Positions 12,651 through 25,183 of a DNA stretch of 39,432 nt are shown here, one piece after another. Every line of letters starts with the position of its first letter. Within the stretch, counting starts at the first letter, position 1. The position numbers were made by a program, and so were the translations under genes. The notes under the pieces are model-generated. The model was not told where the DNA came from. It worked only from the letters and a program-made list of their open reading frames with translations, and ran no database searches. This DNA is from Octopus bimaculoides (lineage: Eukaryota), in NCBI RefSeq assembly GCF_001194135.2, contig NC_068984.1, positions 73,491,835 to 73,531,266 on the forward strand, given 5' to 3'.

Positions 12651-13371
12651 TTCTTATCCCTATTTCACAGAATAAAGTTTGTTGGGTCTTTTTAGCAGTC
12701 TATTTATTTATTTACTTTTTTGTTCATGTTGAGATTGTAGTTGTTAGTTACAACAAAATGTTATGCTATAATCGATCATACTCATTTTATTCTTCTTACC
12801 AGTGTAATTTTTCAGCCTTTGCAAGTACGACATCCTGAACAATGAACTTTACATTATCCAATCGACTTTTCTAAATAAACTTACAATCATTCTGTCTGTT
12901 TGTCTCTCAGATGTTCGATGCACATCTATTATATTCACCAACTGTACTCGGCATGTAATGCAAAAAGTGGATTAATCATATCAGCACATTTCATTTAAAA
13001 GACAATACACTGTTATGTTCGCTGCATATTACGTAGACCGACAGACTCCTAAAGATATTAGCATCAAGCAAGTTGTGAACATTTAAGATGCCAGTAGTCA
13101 TATTATATTTCTATGGTGCGGAACACAAGTTGCCAATATTAAGATTTGCGGAGGAAATATTTTGCAAAAGTCAGTGGCAGGTTTACCGAATAAATAAATA
13201 TTGATTTTTCTTTGCATATCTTTGTTTGTTTTTCTTTTTTTTACGAAACAAAAGTTACATATTTTCTTTTTAATGACATTTATACAGTAATACTGTTATT
13301 CCTTGTACCATAAAATATTATGGATATTCTGAACATATTTTTAGATTAGATTTCCTTCAAGCAATAATAAT

Positions 13372-13597
13372 TGTGTCTAATTTAGGCACAAGGCCAGCAA
13401 TTTTAGGACGAGTAAGTCGATTCCATCGCCCCAAGTACTTGACTGCTTCTTTAATTCATCTTTATTTTATCGACTCAAATAGGATGAACTGCAAAATTAA
13501 TTGCAGCAGGATTTGAGGTCGGAGCGTAAAAATCCTGAAAGAATACCGCAAAACAGTTTTGCAGACGTGTTAACGATTCGGCAAATCTTCTGCCCTA
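13372..13597 (-). mobile_element. SINE family A copy (diverged); a truncated plus-strand head also lies at 11867-11945
   Basis: Reverse complement of family A head, body and ggcacaaggcc tail. Confidence 0.7.
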
Positions 13598-14844
13598 CTT
13601 GAAGCTGTAATGATGATTTTTCACATTGACACAATGTCACACTTTCCAGCTGGAGAGATACAGGGTCTTAGACATTTCCAACCACTCTGCCGCACACATT
13701 TGCGTGCAGCGTATTCTCTGCTTGTGGGACATATGTTTTTGAGAGGAATAGGTAAAATACTAGGGTATTTAGAAGACTTAGGTGTTTTAATGCACTGCAT
13801 CGGTACTTCTTCGTGGCTAAGTGCAATAAACACCTCCATTTTAGTCTCTCTGGCTTCAAACAATTTTGAATCGTTTTGTTTGTGTGTGTATATAATTATG
13901 TGCACACATATACGCACACACACACACACACACACGCATATACATACATTATGTATATTATATATTTCACATACATACATATATACATACATACATGATG
14001 GCCGTCCACTCGTGACCGAGGAAGACCATTGCTGACCTTCAGGAACATTGTGCGCTCTAGGACTAACTTATGTTTTGCATTTGTGACATGTACGTATGCA
14101 TGCATGTATGTCATTCAGTTTTATTTCAAGATTTCTTACCAACAGAGAAAGATCCGGTTTCTAACCTTGATCCAAGGCTCCTTGTATGTATGGATGGATG
14201 GATGGATGGTCTTGGTCTTGAGGGTATTGCAGGGATACTGTTGTGATATAATGTGCACCAATTTCCTCCAGCTGGTTGTGTACCAGATCTACATAAAACA
14301 CTTACCAGTTCATTTCATAAAGTTACCAATCCTCCAATGACGATGGCATAAAGTTTTATCAACCTTTGTTGTCCCCTAAAACTACATCGGTTGTATAGAA
14401 AGAGGGTACTTGCTGCATGTGCAACTGCTAGTTTTAAATAATGTCTTTGCCCAGTACTGCATTCTACAGAGATCTTTCCTGTTGCAAATACATAGTCAAC
14501 TCTGACCAACGGGTGGTCTAGTAGTCTTACTCTTACAACCGTAATATCTATTACGATCATAATACATACGATCAGATTTTTTATTTTCAAATAGTTTATC
14601 CTAGGATTTTATTTTCGGATATATCATTTATTTTTAAGACAATAGGCTATGATTTGAAGGAGACTTAGTTATTATTTCTTACATGTCAACCGACTGAATA
14701 GAGGCTTTCGCGCTGGTTAGTACATGTTGTTGTTGTCTTGCACCGAGTTAAATTTGATCGAGCCAACTTATGATGAAAGACATTCCAATCGTGACTACTC
14801 TGTCTTTTAAGAATATTTCAGGATAGCATTGTCTCCATACACCA

Positions 14845-15045
14845 AGGCAGCGAGCTGGCAAAATTGTTAGCACGCTGGACAAAATGCTTAGCGCTATTTC
14901 GCCCGTCGTTACGTTCTGAGTTCAAATTGCACCGAGGTCGACTTTATCTTTCATCCTCAACAATTAAGTTGAGTACTGGGATCGATGTAATCAACTATCC
15001 TCCTCCCCAAAATTTCAAATTGTACCTATAATAGAAAGGATTATC
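14845..15045 (+). mobile_element. SINE family A copy
   Basis: ggcagcgagctggcaaaattgttagcacgctggacaaaatgcttagc...gagttcaaattgcaccgaggtcgac. Confidence 0.85.
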
Positions 15046-15917
15046 TACATACTAAAAGTAGCAGCCAATATCCTTCAAATTACTACCTTCATTTTAAATA
15101 AGGAATAAACTCATTTGATAATCCAATCCTACATTAATTTATGAGATAGTCATGGCTGGAATACATTTGACCTACCTGGTGGTTAAACAACAACGACACG
15201 AATAAAATCTCTCCACTCGTTTCTTCCTCTTTCATTCACTTCAGTTTAGCCCTTTTACCAAACCTCAAGACCACCTCTACAGATCGCTCCATCTGCTAGA
15301 AAATACAGCTAAATTCTCTCAAATTATATCCTACTGGTATGGGAAATGGAAGGAAATATAAGATAATATAGTCTTAAAGCGATCATTGGCAAACTGGCGC
15401 GCGTGACTTTATGAATGGAATGCCTAACAGAAGGTTACTTTGAATCTTTTTAATAGTACGGTCCGCATGATTATGAACTGTGTATCATGCAGCCTGCTTC
15501 TTGAAAAAAAGGGTTGTCCATGCCTATCCTGTAGAGAGGGAATTGTCGTGGTTGAAATGCTTGTTCCTCATAGGTCTGCATGGTCGGGTTGACCTGGTGT
15601 AAAAAAGAAAGTAATACCCAACGCCAGGGTAGATGTATGGTCTATCGGTCCAGAAGTGCTCTTTTGTCTGTATTTTTAGCAGCTTCACCATCCATCACCG
15701 GCTCGCCAAACCTGTCGCGACTTTACAATGTTACTAATTTTTTGGTAGCTGGGTACACTAGAGCAACGTGGAATGAAGTATTTTGCTCAAGAAAACAACG
15801 CATCGTCCGATCTAGGGGATCGAAACCAAAATCTTACGATCAGGAGTCTGACACCCTAACCACTAAGCCGTGCGCCCCCACTTGGCTTTGTGTAGACAAC
15901 AGTAATAATAATCCAGA

Positions 15918-16715
15918 AGGCAGCGAGCTGGCAGAAATGTTAGCACGCCGGGCGAAATGCTTAGTGGTATTTCAGATGTCTTTACGTTCTGAGTTCAAAT
16001 TCCGCCGAGGTCGACTTTGCCTTTCATTCTTTCAGGGTCGATAAATTAAGTACCAGTTGCATACTGAGGTCTAGCTAATCAACTGGCCCTCTCCCCTAAA
16101 ATTTCCGGGATTGTGCCTTGAATAGAAAATGATATTAATAACCCAGGCCCTGTTTTCCATTCGTCTCTCCTTTACTTTGTTCTTTGTCAGTACTAAATTC
16201 TTCGCCCAGTCCTTTCTGGTCCAGAACTGTAACATTCTAGGGAGCTCGTATGGTGAGTGGTGTGCTTTAGTGTATTCGAAGCACAATGATATTAAATAAA
16301 ATATTGATTTAATACTTTAGTACAAAGTCGGCAATTTCGAGGAAGTGGGTAAGTCGATTACATCGATCTCCAGTATTGAACTGGTACAAATGTAATCGAC
16401 CCCACCCCGCAAAAGATGAAAGGTAAATTCGACCTCAATGGAATTTGAACTCAGAACGTAAAGATGAACGGGATGCTCTAAATGTTTTGCTCGGCATGCT
16501 AACGATTCTGCCAACTCGCCGCCTTAAAATACAAGTAAAATATTTAAGAAATGAAGAGCGGCAAGTTAAGTTCTGAGGTCAAACGCCACCGGGGTTGAAT
16601 TTGTTTTTCATCCTTCCGAGCTCGATAAAATAAGTACCAGTTGGGCACGAGAGTTGATGTAATTGCTTTGCCTCCTCTCCCAAAACTGCACGCACTGTGC
16701 AAAAATTTGAAACTA
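15918..16715. mobile_element. Cluster of three SINE family A copies: + (15918-16135), - (16310-16523), + deleted (16555-16715)
   Basis: Each aligns to the copy at 3126; orientations read directly from the sequence. Confidence 0.85.
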
Positions 16716-16781
16716 ATATTTCAGTAAAGGAAACAAACAACGGGATTATGAAATGTATTTACGTTCCATTTTACTTTCATT

Positions 16782-16995
16782 TTAACCTTTTAGTTACTAT
16801 ATTTCTGTTGAAATACGCTGCCCTTGTCTCAAACAATTTTGAAGATAACACAGAATTTAATAAATAACTTTGTCATTATTAAGCTGATACTTGGGACCTA
16901 ACTTAATTTGGAAAGTTGATGGAAGGTTTTAATTTAGATCACTTTAAAATAAGGAGCTTGCCTCATAGAAGCAGAAGCGGCCTCAAGAAGGTTAG
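16782..16995. mobile_element. Possible piggyBac-type MITE remnant
   Basis: Starts TTAA|CCTTT and ends AAGG|TTAG. The body resembles a common octopus repeat as I recall it; the TIR is short and degenerate. Confidence 0.35.
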
Positions 16996-17495
16996 AATTG
17001 AATCATTTAACTTCCATTTTTCATGTTTTCATTCTACAGAAGAAATGTAAGGCGCACTGTAAAATAACAGCTACTCCAGAATTTCCCTCTAAGACCACAT
17101 TTTTTATTTTTACATTTACGTTAGTTATTCAAGTTAGACATGAACTTTACTTACCACTCTTGGAGGAAATGGAAATATCATAGACATTGACCATCGTCTT
17201 TTGACTATTTTATATTTTTTTGCTGGTTTTATTCATTGGACTGCGACCACGTTAAAATATGACAGTCTTATTGATCCCAGGACTTATTTCAGTCATATAT
17301 ATTTTGTCGATCTCTGTCTCGGCAGATTCATACAGATACGCAAACTTTACACACACGCACGTATGTATGTATGTATGTATGTATGTATGTATGTATGTAT
17401 ATATGGGAGAATGTACGAAAAAACAACAACAGACGAGGACAGGTGGTGTAAATAACAAAAGGATGTATTAGTATGACGCTCAGGAATACGGAAAG

Positions 17496-17532
17496 TCTTT
17501 GACGTTTCGAGCTACGCTCTTCAACAGAAAGA
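17496..17532 (-). ncRNA. Minimal type I hammerhead-like motif with variant core (CUGUUGA)
   Basis: UCUUU-CUGUUGA-A-GAGC(GUA)GCUC-GAAACGUC-AAAGA: 5-bp helix I, 4-bp helix II, ACGU palindromic helix III, GUC triplet. Confidence 0.65.
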
Positions 17533-18412
17533 ATACGGAGACAAGGAGAAAAACACGGAGAAAAAAAATTGAATAGTGTTCAGTCAACGGTCAATCATAA
17601 TAATCATGTATATATGTATGTATGTACATTGGCTCGAAACTCTAGACGCTTGAGTCACACCACTTCGGCGAATTAAGTCTTAAACATTTTGCTTTATGGA
17701 ATTATATATGTGATCTATACATAACTTTAAATGTATAAAAGTTTTCGCATAAATAATATGATTATAATTAGTATCGCCATTCTGTTCATGTTCAATTAGG
17801 CAACTAATCGTTTATATAGAGACAAATATTTATTAAGTCGGTTGTAATAATAATAACCTACTGAATGGCATTATTTTCGCATATGTTTCTTGCATCACTT
17901 ACTAAATTAGCGAGTACACGAAAATGTACAAAAATTAATATGCATTACAGCATCTGACAGTCTATTTTAGGAAATGGTTGATTACAGATTGTCTGCATGC
18001 ATAGCATGAACATACACAGTGCATTTTAGATAACTTGATAATAGCAATATTAACTATCAAATTACTTGAGTTCAGTTTAAAATATATCTTACCATAAAAT
18101 GGCATATACCAGCAAAAAAGAAATCAAAATCAGTTACTTATTATTCTCATGGGTTTGTTCAATCCTTTTATGCGTACATATATTGTGGTACAGCGTTTGT
18201 CATTTTAAGTGTGTGCGCGTGTACGAGAGAGCTTGCAAGCCGTCAAAGTGATACGAACCCAATGTACCCGTGATGATTACTCATCTGATAAGGCTACATC
18301 AGGAACATGCATCACAACCAAATATGCTCGACATGGTGGTCTAACGTGATAAACAGCGCATGACTTTGCAGTTAGAATTTTCTTCAGGTCGGGTAGCCCA
18401 TCTTGCTCAAAA

Positions 18413-18859
18413 AGTCTCCGAATAAGGGCTGTTTAAGGGTCTTGAACAAAACACCAATGTTTCCAGAAGTGAATTATTCAAATCCCAAAGAATTCCTCTC
18501 AGCACTTAGTTATGATTATACCACCCCCACCCACCAACTACTTCTGCTCGTGATCAGATATGCACATATTGTCAGCCACTCAGCTGGTTAAGGTCAAACT
18601 CTGACAAGTAAATCTGTGGAATTGAGCAGAATATTTGCTGTAGTCTCCGAATAAGGGCTGTTTAAGGGTCTTGAATAAAACACCAATGTTTCCAGAAGTG
18701 AATTATTCAAATCCCAAAGAATTCCTCTCATCACATGGCTATGATTACCCACCAACTACTTCTGCTTGTGATCAGATATGCACATATTGTCAGCCACTCA
18801 GCTGGTTAAGGTCAAAATCTGACAAGTAAATCTATAGAATTGAGCAGAATATTTGCTGT
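18413..18859 (+). repeat. Tandem duplication, 229 + 218 bp
   Basis: agtctccgaataagggctgtttaagggtcttgaa... starts at 18413 and again at 18642; both units end gagcagaatatttgctgt; few substitutions and one ~11-bp indel. Confidence 0.95.
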
Positions 18860-19087
18860 AGCCCATCTTTCATACCAAGACAAAAGCCCATCTTTGATAC
18901 CGTATGTGTGTCTGCTTTTTCTTTTTTAATTTAAAGTAAATTTTGACTAGCCACAGACTTAGTAGCAAAGTTGTGAAGGAAAGTATCTAGATTTAACGTC
19001 ATCCTTTAAATCTTAAGGTCGTGTAGATTTTTTTAGTGCCAGATACTGTGATCGTTTGTAGCGTATGAATTAATGTATGTATGTAGT

Positions 19088-19440
19088 GAAGGCGCGGTCA
19101 TAGGATCGCGGTTTCGATTCCCAGACCGGGCGTTGTGAGTGTTTATTGAGCGAAAACACCTAAAGCTCCACGAGGCTCCGGTAGGGAATGGTGGTGAACC
19201 CTGATATACTCTTCCACCACAACTTTCTCTCACTCTTACTTCCTGTTTCTGTTGTGCCTGTAATTCAAAGGGTCGGCCTTGTCACACTGTGTCACGCTGA
19301 ATATCCCCGAGAACTACGTTAAGGGTACACGTGTCTGTGGAGTGCTCAGCCACTTGCACGTTAATTTCACGAGCAGGCTGTTCCATTGATCGGATCAACT
19401 GGAACCCTCGACGTCGTAAGCGACGGAGTGCCAACACACA
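19088..19440 (+). mobile_element. tRNA-derived SINE (family D), CpG-rich and apparently young, with a deleted A-box region
   Basis: B-box GGTTTCGATTCCC, a body with many retained CpGs, and an end in (CA)n/(TATG)n. Confidence 0.7.
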
Positions 19441-20129
19441 CATGTATGTATGTATGTATGTATGTATGTATATACACACATATACGCGTATACATTCTTT
19501 CCTGCGTTTGAAGAAAAGTTATTGTTATATTAAAATCCAGGAAAATTTGAAGAGGGTCATATTGTCAGTCAAAGTTTCTAGAATCATGGTAATGTTAGGA
19601 AAGCTGCAAAGTATCTGTGAATCATTAATTTTTCCAATTATTTAAGAAATATTACTTACGTTTTACATAATAATCCTGTAAGTATAACCGGATATATCCT
19701 CAGTAACGCTTCCGCGTGATTAGTTGAAGGGGGATGGGAGGATGGGGAGGAGGAAGAGAAAGAGAGAGATGGGGAGGGGTGGGAGAGTGAAATGTGTGAT
19801 TTTTTAAACTAAGTTTTTTTCCCCCTTCGTTACTTAGCTCATCTGTAACGCTTTTACGTGATTAGTTGAAGGGAAAGGCGAAGCGTGGAAGAAAAAGGAG
19901 AGAGAAAAAGAGGCTAAGGTGAAGAGAGAAAGAGGGAGAATGCTGTGTATCAAATCTATAAAATTGTGCATAAAGTATATAAAGTACATCAAACAATCAT
20001 CATATTCCAATTTCCTTTTCTTTTCAATGACTAGCAGATGAGTGACTATCTTTTGATATAGACACAGCACAGGCTACACTTTCAAGGTTTTTGGATAAAG
20101 TCTTCAGAAAAAAAAGCCCAATAAGTTTA

Positions 20130-21614
20130 CCATTAATTCTGTGAAATATTCACGGGTCCCACTAGTTAAGTAATAATACAGTTGGACGATGCAGACGAAA
20201 CGTCTTGGTATGGAAAAGTCTATTTAGCTTCTTAAAGATGACGCAGTTTGATCAGTAAATTAAAAGTACTCTGTGAGATAAAGTACATTCGGGAATCGTG
20301 CGTTGTATTCACATGGGAAGTATGAATACTATTAATACCACCACTTTATTAAATTTTTTACAATATTTAAAATAATTAAAGGATTTCATGATTAAAAAAT
20401 ATCAATTTTGGTTACCTACAAATGATGGTTATCTTGACAAGATTGATAGACATCAAATTATTATTGCATATTATCTCCAAATTTTGGCAGAAGGCCAGCA
20501 ATTATCGAGAGAGGGAGAAGTCAATTACATCGATCTCAGTGCTCAACTGATATTTATTTCATCGACCCTGAAAGGACGAAAAGCAAAGTCGACCTCGGCG
20601 GAATTTGAACGCAGAACATAATGCGGACGAAACTCCACTAATCATTTCGTCTGGCGTGCCAATGATCTTGCCAGCTCGCCCCCTTTTAGAAATTATAGCA
20701 TATTGGAAGCAAGAAATACTTGTTTTTACTATTTGCACAGATAACATGTTGCTGCAAGATATCTTTGTCAACCATTGTAATTTTGTATTACACCTTGTAA
20801 TAGTGTCTGTAAATTTATTAAGTTCTCTTTCTCTAATGATAGGCTATTACAGCAATTATGCAAACCAAATGGTAAACAATTTGAACGATTACTTCTGCAT
20901 ACACAAATAAGATAATTTTCCAAGGGCAAATCGTTAGCACACTTTTTTTTAATTGTTTAATAGTGATCAAATTTATGCAACACCACAACCATCCTTTGGC
21001 AACCGATTTCGAACTTAAATCATCATAATATTGCTTATCTAGCAGATAGGTTTAACAAATACAATTCAACAATAATGTAGTTACAAGAGTTTTAAGAGGA
21101 GTAATGTAAGGGCCAAAAGTATTATCAGGTCATTGTGGTCAAATTACGATTGGATCAACAAAATATTGCCAGAAGTGACTCATCATTTACCATGAGGTTA
21201 ACATTCCTTACTCATTAATTTCTCTTGATGATGATATTAGTGGGCGATTCTATGATTTACATAGCATGATCACCTTCAATTAGATTATTGACCTATTTTC
21301 AGTTGATCTATATACACTGAATACTTGATTAAAAGAGGAAGTGATTAACTTTGTCAATTTTTTTTTTTTATTATTTGTGCAGTATTCAATTCAGTTAGCT
21401 ACGCCCTGTACTGCATCAATGATACGAGTTCTAGATACCTTAATCTCTAGAACATTGCTAAGGGATTCATATTTTGCTGAGAATGGGTTCAGTACAATGG
21501 TACATTTACTATCATATAACCGCATGTACTTCAAAAGATGATCTGCGTTTAATGTTGTCTACGATTGAACCTAATGTACATGAACTGGCAAATATACATA
21601 TTCCTCAAAGTTAG
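20130..21614 (+). mobile_element. Heavily decayed hAT (Buster/Charlie, ZBED5/8-like) transposase fossil, interrupted by a SINE
   Basis: Collinear motifs across frameshifts: SNNTVGR (~20170); HR*HVAARYL (~20737); NDRLLQQLCKPNGKQFERLLLHTQIR*FSKG (20835-20927, cf. LLLHTEVRWLSKG); NIAYLADRFNK; LKEEVINF; SYFAENGFS and DDLRLMLSTIEPN (hAT dimerisation region). Confidence 0.82.
20476..20680 (-). mobile_element. SINE family A copy inserted inside the hAT fossil
   Basis: Reverse complement of ggcgagctggcaagatc...gttcaaattccgccgaggtcgactttgc. Confidence 0.85.
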
Positions 21615-21653
21615 TATTTTTAAAGCAACTGATTTATTATAATTCTTTATTTC

Positions 21654-22384
21654 AGATGTGGTGTGCAAGTGAGATGACTGAGCTGGTACGGTCATGTAAT
21701 GTGTATGGACGAGGACGGCTGTGTAAAGAAGTGCCGATCTCTAACTGTGGTGGTGGTGGCGGGGGGAACCTATGGTAGAGATAGACCCAGGAAGACATGG
21801 GATGAGGTGGTGAAGCATGATCTTCGAATGATGGGCTTCACAGAGGCAATGACTAATGACCGAGACCTTTAGCGATACACCATGCTTCAGAAGACCATTC
21901 AAGCCAAGTGAAATCATAGTTGCGACTGATGCCGGTGCCATGTAACTGGTACCCGTGCTGGTGGCACGTAGAATGCATCTTTTGAGCGTTGGGTCTCATG
22001 GAGGCAATGTGGTCGATGCCGGTGTCGCTTAATTAGCACCTGTGCTAGTGGCACGTAAAAAGCACCTTTCGAGCGTTGAACCTCACGGAGGCAATGACAA
22101 ATGACTGAGGCCTTCAGGAATATGCCATGCTTGAGTAGAAGACCCATCAAGCTAAGTGAAATCGTAGTCGTGGCAAATACTGGTTTCACGAAAATGGTAC
22201 TCGTGCCGGTGGCAAGTAAAAACACCCATTACACTCTTGGAGTGGTTAGCGTTAGGAAGGGCATCCAGCCGTAGAAACCATACCAAATCAGACTTAAATC
22301 TCGTGCAGCCCTCCTGCTTCCCAGCCCTGGCCAAACCATCCAACCCAAGCCAGCATGAACAACAGACGTTGATTGATGATGATA
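21654..22384 (+). mobile_element. Short 5'-truncated copy of the same RTE LINE family
   Basis: RCGVQVR*LSWYGHVMCMDEDGCVKKCRSLTV...RPRKTWDEVVKHDLRMMG is near-identical in motif to 24470-24712. Same 3' UTR (gttaggaagggcatccagc...), ending in gatgatgat. Confidence 0.9.
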
Positions 22385-23483
22385 AATTCTTTATTTAAAA
22401 GTTACCCCACGAAAACAAGCTTCACATTTGAATTTTTTACAAATCCCTTACTTCTGAATATATCTTGAAGCACTTTTCGCATGTTTATTTCAGCGTTTGA
22501 GGAAAATTTCCATTGTGCATGCTTGTGGCTAAATCCTCTAATGTTTCCAGTTATATTAAAACTAGGCATCATTGTGGTATGGACCGGGTATCGACCTAGT
22601 CAAGATGAAACAGCTCCTTCAGCAGAACCCTACTACAATGATCACATTGATATGCTCAACAGCAACCTGCTTTCTTCTTTCTTGACACAATTTCAATTCT
22701 ATTTTCCACACACACCTTCTCTCTCTCTCTCTGTATTTCTATCTCAACAACATATCATTAGACTGAAAGTCCTCTTTTAAAGTCTGTGTTGTGTTGTCTA
22801 ACAAAAAGATAACTATATGTGTTATATATATACATATAGTTATTTATTTTTAGTCTGTGTTGCAGACTTGCATTTAAAATTCCTGAATTTTAATCAAAAT
22901 CTGTTAGTTACTATGGTGACAACACTACCTGTCTGTCTGTCATTCTCTGCCTCTCTCAACAACTTTTTCCCTCCCTTCTTTTAAATATGCATTGTGACAA
23001 AAGTTATCTCCCCTTCTGATTCCTTCTCTTCTTCCCTATCATCACATATATCACACTTAGTTTCCATTCGTCTATGGCTGCAATGTACTTTGCCATAATC
23101 TTCAATAATACAATATGTATGATGATATATATTTAAATTCTATGATATATATAATACTATAGTCTATTTCAGAATGATCCTGAAATATGATTTCCCCAAT
23201 TTTTGTTAAAAATTGATAAATGTAAATTTTATCAATTCCAGTGAGGATTTAATGGGCGATAAACATTTCTTAAAATGAAAATACTAAAAATTCCTTCTAA
23301 CTCCTAGGTATGGCTCACTTCGCAAACACACGGTTTCAGGCTTAGTCCCAATGCATGGTACCTTGGTTAAATATCTTTTATTATATCCCCAGACCATCCA
23401 ATGTCTGAGAGTGAATTAGGTAGATGGAAATTGTATGGAGACCTATTATATATGTGTGTGTGTATATATATGTATGCATCAAA

Positions 23484-25183
23484 GGACTTGGAGAAAACCT
23501 TTGACAGGGACCCCTATCCCTTATCTGGTAGGCTATGCAGAAACTGGGGATTGACAAATGGTTGATAAGGGCTGTACAGGCTCTATACAGAGAGGCCTTT
23601 AGTAAGGTTAGGATTGGCAATGAGTATAGTGAAGAATTCCGGGTAGAAGTAAGGGTCCACCAACGTTCAGCCCTCAGTCCCCTTTTATTCATCATAGTCC
23701 TCCAGGCAATAACAGAGGAATTCAAGACAGGTTGCCCCTGGAAGCTCCTCTATGCTGATGACCTGGCCCTCATAGCAGAATCACTACCAGAACTAGAAAA
23801 GAAATTTAGGGTGTAGAGGCAAGGATTAGAATCAAAACGCCTTAGAGTCAATGGAGCAAAGACCAAAGTTCTAGTAAGTAGGAAAGCGAACACATCACAC
23901 ACACCCTCAGGTAAGTGGCCTTATTCGATGTGTAGAAAAGGTGTAGGTAGAAACCCCATAAGATGTACCCAGTGTAAGCTGTGGACACCTAAGAGGTGCA
24001 GCAACATCAAAGGAAGATTAACCAAGAAGCTAGCTTTCGTGTGCGGCAGATGCACAGGGGCAATAAACACTGAAGATGCTCAGAAAACAGATTCCATCAC
24101 ACTCCAGGGCAAAAACTAGAAGTAGTTGATAGCTTCCGCTACCTAGGTGACCAAGTCTGTAGTGGGGGTGGGGGTGGATGCTCAGAGAGCGTTACTACTA
24201 GAATAAGAATAGCCTGGGCAAAGTTTAGAAAGCTTCTACTGCTACTGGTGACAAAGGGCCTCTTGCTCAGAGTGAAAGGTAGATTCTACGATGCATATGT
24301 GCAAACTGCCATGCTTCATGGCAGTGAAACATGGGCCGTGACTGCGGAGGACATGCGTACGCTCAAAAGAAATGAAGCTAGCATGATCCGCTAGATGTAT
24401 AATGTCAGTGTGCACATGCGACAAAGTGTAAGCACCCTGAGAGAAATGCTGGGCATAAGAAGCATAGGATGTGGTGTGCAAGAGAGACGTTTGCACTGGT
24501 ATGGTCATGTACTATGGATGGATGAGGAGAGATGTGTGAAGAAATGCCACTCCCAAACAGTTGAAGGAATCCAGAGTAGAGGTAGACCCAGGAAGACATG
24601 GGATGAGGTGGTCAAGCATGACCTTCGAACGTTGGGCCTCACAGAGGCAATGATGAAAGACCAAGACCTCTGGAGATATGCTGTGACTGCGAAGACCTGG
24701 CAAATAAAGTGAGTTCACAGCTGTATCCTACACCAGTTTCGCATAACCAGCCCCAGCCCATTCAAAAGTACCTTGGGTTGTCGGGCAGCCTGCTGTGATT
24801 GAGGAGACATATTGAGTCAAGTACATCAACATCAAAATGAAAATCAAATGGAAATTGTAGTTGTGATACCTGTGCCAGTGGCACGTAAAAAGCACCATCC
24901 GAATGTGGCCGATGCTAGCACTGCCATGACTGGCTTCCATGCCGGTGGCATATAAAAAGCACCAACTGATCATGGCCATTGCCAGCCTCCTCTGGCCCCT
25001 GTACTGGTGGCACGTTAAAATCACCCACTACACTCACAGAGTGGTTGGCATTAGGAAGAGCATCCAGTTGTAGAAACACTGCCAGATCAAACTGGAGCCT
25101 GGTGCAGCCGCCTGGCTTCCCAGACCCCAGTTGAACCATCCAACCCATGCTAGCATGGAAAACGGACGTTAAACGATGTTGAT
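23484..25183 (+). mobile_element. 5'-truncated RTE-clade LINE: RT, C-terminal domain, 3' UTR and (GAT)n-like tail; inactive
   Basis: Translates DLEKTFDR...VHQRSALSPLLFIIVL...LLYADDLALIAES...LRVNGAKTKVL...[Cys-rich insert]...LEVVDSFRYLGD...MLHGSETW...RRLHWYGHV...RGRPRKTW. YADD at 23751-23762; in-frame stops and a frameshift; ORF ends at 24712. Confidence 0.93.

Noticed and set aside
13610-14035. Overlapping ORFs of 120-140 aa on both strands
   Set aside because: Partly microsatellite-derived; the rest matches no family I recognise and has no coherent splice signals.
14315-14590. 91-aa minus-strand ORF near a strong GTAAGT donor (~14305)
   Set aside because: All frames stop before the donor; no homology recognised.
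21640-21660. Splice-acceptor-like ttctttatttcAG at the LINE 5' junction (possible exonisation)
   Set aside because: The cag belongs to the LINE sequence itself, and the downstream frame has stops.
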